From positions 806,001-870,000 of the forward strand of contig CM039010.1 in the NCBI GenBank assembly GCA_017499595.2: 64,000 nt of DNA, read 5' to 3'. Positions 28,005 through 36,724 of the stretch are shown in pieces. The first letter of the stretch is position 1. Each line of letters opens with the position of its first letter. Origin of the DNA: Psilocybe cubensis. Lineage: Eukaryota. Made by a program: the position numbers and the translations under genes. The notes beneath the pieces are model-generated. The model did no database searches. It saw nothing but the letters and a program-made list of their open reading frames with translations, and was not told the origin of the DNA.

Positions 28005-29247
28005 TTAATTTGTGGTTGGTCTGCTTCTTTCCAATGCACTATGAACGATGGTGGAAATCAATTGGTCGTAATCAATGCCGATGCCTTCGGCAAGCATAGG
28101 AAAGTCAGATAATCCAGGTCGCAATCCTGCGAGGGGGTTGACCTATTGTTGCCAAATGAGTAATCAAAGGTATGAGAATTGATGGTGACGCTTACCTCAA
28201 TGCAGTTGGGAACAGCATTGGCATCTTTCGAATCAAAGCGGATATCCACGCGCCCTCCGTCTCTGCATCCAAGTACTTTCCAGGCCTTGACAGCAACCTC
28301 AGCCGCCCGTTGAGCTACAGGATTGCTTGAAAGGTCCATGTTAACATGTTGTGGATTGGTTCCCGCTCCCGAACGCTTCACGCTATTACTGTATACTTCC
28401 AATTCAAGTAGTTCTGGGTCTTGGTTGTCAACAATAGTGGCCGGGTCAATGGGACAATTTGGGTTGTCTTTCAAGAATACTATCTCTCGTACGCCAATGG
28501 CTCGGGCACTGGAACCTGTCCCAAGGATGCCTACCGTGAACTCACGGCCGCTCAGGAAGCGTTCGATGAGAATAGTCTGTGTCGGATACCGCAGCGAAAG
28601 GTCCTCGACTACTTTTGCAAGTTGTTCGTAATCAGTGACCTTGTTCGCCTGTTGAATGCCAACCCCGCTGCCTTCTGCACTCGGTTTAGCAAATAAAGGA
28701 AATGTTTTTAATGCCTGACTGTGCGGCGAGCTTTGGATCACGGATTCAACAGAAATCTCGTCGGCTTCGGACCATGTATTCCTGGGCGGCACACACGCAT
28801 ATGGCGCGGAAGGTACACCATAATAGTCCCAGACCATCTACATGCATAAAATTCAGTATATACTCGCTGTGCAAGTATAAATGTCAGCCGCACCTTTGTT
28901 TTTGCCTTGTCAAGGCATAACCCAAGCGTCGCCGAATCCGAAAACGTGAATGGAATGTCCCAGGCCTCCAGCAATGCTGGTACCTGAGCCTCTCGCCCCA
29001 CGCTTCCAAATCCTTCACAAATGTTGAACACAATGTCCCAGTCTGGCTTCGATTTAACAAGCACCTTTGTGAGGGCTTTCAGACCACCAACCATCTCAAC
29101 TGTCCCAAGCTTTCGCAAGGACGCTGCAATTCCCTGAATCGTGTCGTCGCCATCGAACTCCGCACATTGTTCAGCAGAATATCCTAGAGCTAGCCATTCT
29201 TCTCGGGAGTCATATGTGAACGCAATTTTAAGGACAGGGGTAGACAT
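28005..29247 (-). CDS. D-alanine--D-alanine ligase-like ATP-grasp protein (about 377 aa, 2 introns)
   Basis: FNICEG..GREAQVPALLE, LGLCLDKAKTK, FPLFAKPSAEGSGVGI, IERFLSGREFTVGILG, LGCRDGGRVDIR, IEVNPLAGL. Introns at 28838-28893 and 28143-28195. Confidence 0.85.
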
Positions 29248-29815
29248 CTTGGCTCCTTGTGCAAGCCTGGATATTGCGGCCGTTTATACCGAAAGATGCT
29301 GGGGTCCAGTGCGACTCGGAGAATAACAGCGGTTCCGTAGTGGCAACCGGAAAAAGGTTCAAAATAAAGCTTAGAGCTTAGAGGTTGAATAAACACGTTA
29401 AAGCGCGCGAATCTGCACTCGATACTACCTGGTTCTAATAGTACATAGCTGTATTTATACTGTAAATATAGGGGTTTCTTAAAGAGGCTGACAAAGTGAA
29501 GGAAAAAAGGGTACATAAACAACCACATAACATGGTGTAATAGGCCGGTTTCAAGCAGCAAGAATGCAGACTAAGGGATTAAAATGAAGAGGAGAAGCGA
29601 AAAAGATACCATTGATTTATTTATAACTATCGATAACAAATTTAAGTAACTACGAGCATCAAAAGAATTATACCTGTATGGATTAAACACGAATAGCTAC
29701 AATATGAGAACACATGAAGGCAATGTTAACGTAGTTTCAAACAGAGTAAAAAATGCAAAACTCACCAACTCGATAGCAAACAGCCAAGCAAGATCAAATG
29801 GATTTACTTTATGTG

Positions 29816-30257
29816 CTATTGGTCAGTCACACCTATCGAAATAATTTCGATTCAAGGTGCGACCTAAGCCGAGGAGCCACGACAAGGCTGCACAAGGGCG
29901 GTTCCCAACTCGGGAGCCACCCTCTCCTCGGAAAAAAAAAATCCCTCTTGAATCGCGTTCCGAATAGAACGCGAATCGAAGAGGTTGTGATCGCCATTAT
30001 CCAGCGATGGGTGGGTCTCCGTCGGAGACCCCTTTGTCGCTCTCTTGCGAGAACAACAGAGCCGGCCATCGATCGCGCTTTGCAACACGAGAGGCCTGAC
30101 CATTACCGCTCGAGCTCCCTTGCCAGCCAAGTCCTGCCCTACCCGGCAGGCTTGACTGGGGAACGGTAGTAGAGGTAGGGGCGATTTGGGGAATGGGGGA
30201 CAATGGATGGGTAGTATATTTTTGGGGGGGAAGGGAGAGGGACTCGATGTTGTATAC
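29816..30257 (-). ncRNA. Unassigned structured RNA, copy 1 (candidate ~440-nt intron)
   Basis: C-rich leader, then 8-9 helices with GNRA loops, a U tract and a terminal hairpin abutting CTGAC-CAATAG. Confidence 0.55.
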
Positions 30258-30561
30258 CTGCTTCTCACTTGGAGAAGGGTTCAACGATCGAGTAGGAGGA
30301 GGATGTGGGAATGTTTTGCATATATTGTATTTTCTTTAGAAAAAGAGTCAGCAGACAAATCATTGAAACATATGATTGACACGTACATTGGTATATTGCA
30401 TTGTGTTTCAAGCATAGCACATAAAATTCTGTGTATAAAGACAGCTAGTCAGTGCTGAATGTAGAATCATAAACAAAGAAGACTCACAAAGGTTTTTGAA
30501 GGCCGGCTGAGTCTGTTGCTCAAACCGGCCGAGGTAGTGACTAACCTTTTTAATTTATGTG

Positions 30562-30967
30562 CTATTGGTCAGTCGCATCCATCGATTTCGATGGATGCAA
30601 CCTAAGCCGAGGAGCCACGACAAGGCTGCACAAGGATGGCTCCCAACGTGGGAGCCACCCTCTCCTCGGAAAAAAATATCCCTCTTGAACCGCGTTCCTT
30701 TCGGAGCGCGGATCGAAGAGGGTTGTGGGTGGGTCTCCGTCGGAGACCCCTTTGTCGTTCTCTTGCGAGAACAACAGTGCCGGCCTTCAATCGCACTTTG
30801 CAACGCGAGAGGCCTGGCCATTACCGCTCGAGCTCCCTTGCCAGCCAAGTCCTGCCCTACCCGGCAGGCTTGACTGGGGAACGGTAGTAGGGGGTAGGGG
30901 CGATTTAGGGAATGGGGGGGCAATGGATGGGTAGTATATTTTTATGGGAGTGGGGAAGGGATTCGAT
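30562..30967 (-). ncRNA. Unassigned structured RNA, copy 2 (one hairpin and the candidate donor deleted)
   Basis: Same helices as the other copies, but lacks the ATCGCTG-loop-TGGCGAT hairpin and the CAG|GTATAC segment. Confidence 0.5.
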
Positions 30968-31223
30968 GTGGGGATATTTTTCATAGTGTGCTTTCTGTAG
31001 ACGGAGGGTCAATAGACGAATCATCAAAACACATATTGACACATACGTTTGTATATTGCATTGTTTTTTGAGCATAGCACATAAAATTCTGCGTATAAAG
31101 GCGGCTAGTCAGCGCTGAATTAGAATCATGAACAATGAAGACTTACAAAGGTTGTTGAAGGCCGGCTGTGACTATTAGTAGTCTAACCGGCCAATAGATT
31201 AACTGACCTTTTCATTTTATGTG

Positions 31224-31659
31224 CTATTGGTCAGTCGCACCCATCGATTTCGACAGGTGCGGCCTAAGCCGAGGCGCCACGACAAGGCTGCACAAGGATG
31301 GCTCCCAACGTGGGAGCCACCCTCTCCTCGGAAAAAAAATCCCTCTTGAACCGGGCTCCTTTCGGAGCACGGATCGAAGAGGTTGTGATCGCCATTATCC
31401 AGCGATGGGTGGGTCTCCGTCGGAGACCCCTTTGTCGCTCTCTTGCGAGAACAACAGAGCCGGCCATCGATCGCGCTTTGCAACACGAGAGGCCTGACCA
31501 TTACCGCTCGAGCTCCCTTGCCAGCCAAGTCCTGCCCTACCCGGCAGGCTTGACTGGGGAACGGTAGAATGGGGGTAGGGGCGATTTGGGGAATGGGGGG
31601 CAATGGATGGGTAGTATATTTTTGGGGGGGAGGGGGAGAAGGGTCTCGATGTTGTATAC
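31224..31659 (-). ncRNA. Unassigned structured RNA, copy 3
   Basis: Complete set of helices, with GCAA and GAAA tetraloops on the minus strand. Confidence 0.55.
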
Positions 31660-31960
31660 CTGCTTCTCGTTAGAGAAGGGTTCAACGATCGACGACGAGG
31701 AGGATGTGGGAGTAGTTTGTATAGTATTTTTTCTGTAGCCAAGGAGTCAATAAACGAATCAGTGAAACGAATGATTTGTGCATACATTTGTATATTGTAT
31801 TGTGTTTCGAGTATAGCACATAAAATTCTGTGTATAAAGTCGGCTAGTCAGCGTTGAATGTAGAATCATGAACGTTAAATACTCACCAAGGTTGTTGAAG
31901 GCCGGCCGAGTCTGTTGCTCTAGCCGGCCAAGAGATTAACTGACCTGTTCATTTTATGTG

Positions 31961-32395
31961 CTATTGGTCAGTCGCGCCCATCGATTTCGATAGGTGCGGC
32001 CTAAGCCGAGGCGCCACGACAAGGCTGCACAAGGATGGCTCCCAACTCGGGAGCCACCCTCTCCTCGGAAAAAAAATCCCTCTTGACCGTGTTCCTTTCG
32101 GAGCACGGATCGAAGAGGTTGTGATCGCTGTTGTCCAGCGATAGGCGAGTCTCCATCAGAGACTCCATTGTCGTTCTCTTGCGAGAACAACAGTGCCGGC
32201 CTACAATCGCGTTTTTCAACGCGAGAGGCCTGGCCATTACCGCTCGAGCTCCCTTGCCAGCCAAGTCCTGCCCTACCCGGCAGGCTTGACTGGGGAACGG
32301 TAGTAGGGGTAGGGGCGATTTGGGGAATGGGGGGCAAATGGATGGGTAGTATATTTTTTTGGGGGGAGGGGGGGAAGCGACTCGATGTTGTATAC
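31961..32395 (-). ncRNA. Unassigned structured RNA, copy 4
   Basis: Carries several substitutions relative to copies 1 and 3, mostly compensatory or pair-preserving. Confidence 0.55.
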
Positions 32396-35029
32396 CTGCT
32401 TCTCGTTAGAGAAGGGTTCAATCATCGATGGTGTGGGGGATGTGGGGATATATTGCATATTATTATTATTTTCTGTTAGTTGAGAGTCAGTATGCGAAGC
32501 GTCGAATGATATCTGAAGTTCACATACTTTGGTATTCTAGAGCGTCGTTCGATCATAGTAAATAGTTATCTGAAAGGAAGTGCTATCGATTAGCGCTGTC
32601 GAGGACATCGGAAAGGAGAGATACTCACTAAAACTTAATGCGCCGGCTGTTATTTCTACTACAGCCGGCTAAAGTATTCGATGGCCCCTTCAACGTGGGG
32701 CCATATATATCTCATCGCAGTCGTGTATTTGAGGCACACAGCAAAAGAAATCTATAAAACGATGGTAGGTCAGATCAAATCTTGGGCACATCGATGAAGA
32801 AGGAAGCACACCTTGACGCACGCATAATGTCTACTTTTGATAGTGTTGGAACCTAGCGACGTGGCGGCATAAAATGAGTATAGTTGTGTGTACGAAAGAA
32901 ATCAAGGACTTACATCTTGAGGCACACGGTTAGCCATATAATTCATTGATGTCTGAACACGATGCGGAATATATTAGCCACGAAAAGCCATCGATAAGAA
33001 CAAGAACTTACTTGACGCTTAGTGGGCCGGCGGGCAGTTGTACCGCGCCGGCCAAAGTGGTCGGAGAGACCACTGACCTCGTCGACGGCATGGAACCGTC
33101 GATCGAGCTTTGGCATCGAGCGTGTATGCTCGATGGCAGCGCCTCACGTCGCCGAAGCGACGGAGACCTTTATCGACACCGCGCTGCCGTTTGGCTGCGC
33201 GATGCCGATAGTACGATCGTTGGTGAGCGATCGTAAAGGCCTGTGTAAAGTGGAGAGTATGTTAGTACGAGTGCCACAACGAGTGGCACAGCGACGCACC
33301 TTTGTTTGCGGCCTGCTGGATGATGATTGAATCAGCGTCCTCTAAGGACGCGATGCAGTCTTCATCGCATAGCAGGCTTTGGGGGTTTGTGGAGAGAATG
33401 AACGCCAGCTGGACGGGGCTTTATACCTGGGGCATGTGCTGGTTCTTCCCAAGTTGTCCCAAGGTGCCACTCGACTTGTGTGTTGTAGATGAGTAAGAAC
33501 GGCACATCCGGCTCCGGTTTATTCACAAATCGTGACATCATGGCATCGTGGACTTCAACTAATTTCCACATCTGGATTTGAAGCTGGACGTATTCAGGAA
33601 AATTTTCCAAAGGACGTGTGCGCCCGAGGCTTCTGCGGATCGATAGCAATCAGCGACAGGTTGATAAAAGGCGATCCCCTTGTTATTGCTTGTCATTAGG
33701 AATAAAAGGGGTTTAGATGGCACTCACGGCTGTTGATAGTGCCTCGTTGTCGATGCACGTCGACACGCGTAGATGGGATTAGAAGACCTTCTTGAAAGAT
33801 ATGTTGTAAAAAAAGAGTCTATCCGCTGAGTCGGGCATCTATGGATATTTGGAGCCTTTTGTGCGGGTTTCAAAATGGATGCCAGTCTGATTGAAGCCAT
33901 ACCGTTTCTTTTATCGTTTGTTTTCGTTGAATTGCAAACCATACCTAGAATTCGAAACAGGTACCCCTTCCAAAATTTTTAAACGGTGTATTGATATTCC
34001 AGTATGGTGACCCACAGTTAGAGGCGAATCTGCTACTGCCGCTTCCCAAATAACCCACCCATGGTCGGGTCGAGGTACGCTGAGTCATTTGACGCAATCT
34101 CTTTATTCGACTTCGGATACAGCCTATCATACACTTCTTTTGACGTATACACGATAGATCACGCTATGCACAATTTATAGCGATTAGATTCGTTATAATC
34201 AGCGTGTAAACTTCAGTGGTCCTCTAGGTCGACGCGTAACTTTACTGCATTGTACGATAATTTACAAGCATTTTCTCGAACACGATGTTCGAACTCACGA
34301 ATAGACTAAACGGTACATATGTGAATGCGCCGGTGCAGCTTGTTGACCTCGTTCACTGACATCCAATATCAATACCTATATCGACCCCTAACGGAGTCTA
34401 AAAATAGCAGAAGGTCATTGTCGGAAAAAAGGAATGCATGAGCTTGGCTATTCAATGTACAATCAAATCTTTCAAGTGTGAATTTACTTCGAAGGTAATC
34501 AAATAACGACAAATTTACCAAAATATTTAGAGGCGGGTCGACTTCTTTCAACTGAAGGATAGTCGATAAAGTACCTGATCGCTACCCAGAACTGGGGATT
34601 GTCAAGTGTAGTAGGTGCTGCTTCGGACACAGTGAAAAATGATCTGGAATGAACGAAGGTGGATGCCGTGATAGATCGGGTATTCATCGTAGGTTTTTCT
34701 GAGGCTTGATGCTTGGAAAGATTGTAAAGTAGCCAACGTCACCGTCCTCTGTCTTATATGTCTTATATTTCAATGTGAAAGGGACTAGACATACTATGAA
34801 GCCACTGCGGATCTCTTTAGTGAACTATATGGTTGTCCCGAGGCCCGATAACCGTGTACAATTGCACACTAGCTTCGTAATCCTGTCAAACATGGCATGC
34901 GCAAGGAAAATGCCATAGACGCTAATTCTGGAGCTTCAAGATCGTATTATCCCGAAAGCTCGGCCTTAAGTTGAGCGGGCGGAAATAGGTGATCCTAGTA
35001 GTATGCCCTGTAGTTGCGATGTGTAGAGT

Positions 35030-35782
35030 TCATGTAATCGTTATCAGATCATTGTGGTTGCCAACGGGCCGGCCCCTATCCCCTGAGCAGACATTCTCCT
35101 TCATGCTTGGAGAGGCCAGACGGATGGTAATGAGGGTGATCCCGGCTACGAGGCTCGTGTTAGCCTTTATACCATCAGCAAACAGAACTGAGTCGGACTG
35201 ACATAGGACGCCTAACAAAAAAGCAACTGCACACGCGGAAGCTGACACGCCACACCACATCCCAGATAATCCGTCCGAGTATCCCTCACCACACTCCGCG
35301 GGAACCTGGCTAGCGATAGCTATGCCCAAGGCTAAGTATAAGCCAGTGAGCATCGTGAATGTATGCAGGTGCACAAAAGTCTGCGTGAGAGGATGCGTTG
35401 ATCCAGGCCGATTGTGATACGATAACCTGTATATAATGTAAGCAACGAGAAAATCAAGCTACAAAGATTCTGCAGAAGTGTATACGAACAGTATTCCGAC
35501 CCAAATCCAAGCACATAGAGATATTACACCCGCGAACCTCCCAAATAAACCTGTGAGTTGTATTGTTTGATTTTTTTCCGTACTATCGTTTCATTAGTAG
35601 CTACTTACGAAGATGGTGAGACCAGCCATTTGTGAACCCTGCCCACCAGCCCAAAGCAGTTTCACCCAAGGCAAAGAGAATAACGAGCCCTAAAGATCCG
35701 AAATAGAAAATTAGATATACTTGACCAGGAATATGGCTGGAAAATACTGACCGTACAATGTTGTTAGAAGTTTGAGAGGCAT
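35030..35782 (-). CDS. Small multi-exon membrane protein (MARVEL-like); 5' structure uncertain
   Basis: Spliced reading ISLCAWIWVGILLSYHNRPGSTHPLTQTFVHLHTFTMLTGLYLALGIAIA...C....WCGVSASACAVAFLLGVL. Confidence 0.45.
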
Positions 35783-36414
35783 TACAAAGTAAAGGTCGTG
35801 TTTCTGTGGAAAGATTAAGTTCGCGGGAAGAAAATTATCGTCGAGAAGGTTGCGAGAAGGCAGTGGGAGTAGTACCATGTAGTACTTACGCCTTGCTCAT
35901 ATATACCTCCACTAACTGAGCCAATTTGCGTTGAGACTGGGCACAGCCGAGCAAGGCACCGGTTGGTGCGCACATGTAAGTGTGTTTTTGAACCACAAGA
36001 AATGACAAATATATTATCCTTGGAATCAATACGGGCTTGGGCAGTGGAAGAAGTCCGCCGAGATAGACGCTCTCATTGGTGCTAATGCCATAAGACGTTC
36101 AATCAGATTGGCGCCGTGGTGTATTCGCCCGAAACAGAGATTTACGCGAGTCAACCTGTGCAGAGCTGTGCACAATGTATATAGGTTTTCGCCAAGCACA
36201 AAGGTAAAGAGATGCGTTTAGACTCGTAAACACGCGAGTCTTCTTCTGCAATTGTAAATTGTAGTGATTGCTGTAGTCAGCTGTAGTCTTTTCGTTACAC
36301 AAATCCCGCGGCCAACGCACTCAAGTGCATATGAGGCCGTGACGGATGGAAATCGTTCACCATCCGACAGAGTGCGCAGCTTAGCTGGAGGAGGAATGTA
36401 AGCTCTCATGAGAC

Positions 36415-36717
36415 TGTTCGAGTCTATAGATGATGTATCTCAGTGTCTTGATGGAAGAACAACTGTTATTATAGACACTACCTATAGATGATGTATCTAT
36501 AGAATACGAGTGAAGGAAATAAGTACTGTGTGAAGTAAACACGAACATAAAACAACATACCTCAGTGTCTTGATGGAAGAACAACTGAGGTATGTGAGAA
36601 CGAGGAAACGCTAAGTTCTACACTGGCGAGAAAGTAAATAAGGATAAACAGGGGTTGACGCGTGAAAGAGGAACATGACATGTGACGCAGAGTGAAGAGA
36701 CGAGATGAACTCCAACA
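36415..36717 (-). repeat. 3' LTR of the copia element
   Basis: TGTT..AACA ends; matches 41646-41948. Confidence 0.97.
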
Positions 36718-36724
36718 GCCCCCC

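Larger units (their letters stand above)
29808..32480. repeat. Tandem array of four ~0.7-kb units (periods 746, 662 and 737 bp)
   Basis: Each unit begins TTATGTGCTATTGGTCAGTC (about 29809, 30555, 31217, 31954). A degenerate spacer-like copy continues to about 32680. Confidence 0.97.
29670..34760 (-). other. Putative heavily spliced transcription unit (lncRNA, or short CDS with a very long spliced 3' UTR) hosting structured RNA
   Basis: Run of canonical minus-strand donors (33727 GTGAGT, 33299 GTGCGT, 33011 GTAAGT, 32913 GTAAGT, 32628 GTGAGT, 32527 GTATGT, plus repeated ones in the array) paired with CTRAY..YAG acceptors. TATA-like TATAAG near 34755-34768. No long ORF below 33362. Confidence 0.55.

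Noticed and set aside
29816-29900. HDV-like ribozyme at the unit's 3' end (GGC-TCCTCG-GCT with possible P1/P2)
   Set aside because: No GG for P1.1 and no J4/2 catalytic C. The same bases are better explained by the covarying terminal hairpin and the CCGAGG/CCTCGG helix.
29985-30115. TPP riboswitch (CTGGATAAT), SRP Alu (GCGGTAATGG), hammerhead, or telomerase template
   Set aside because: No CUGAGA motif, no SRP helix-8 motif, no conserved CUGANGA/GAAA core, and no CUAACCCU template on the transcribed strand.
30124-30290. Group I intron-like words on the plus strand (CAGCCAAGTCCT, ATGGATG, GTTCAACGA)
   Set aside because: No P7 GACUA or S element and wrong spacing. G-U pairs and GNRA loops indicate the minus strand is the folded one.
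29808-32480. Many 60-155 aa ORFs on both strands of the array
   Set aside because: Homopolymer indels shift frames between copies and no frame is conserved; these are by-products of GC-rich structured sequence.
29808-32480. CRISPR array or rDNA/5S repeat
   Set aside because: Eukaryotic context, ~0.7-kb units with conserved spacers, no cas genes and no rRNA similarity recognised.
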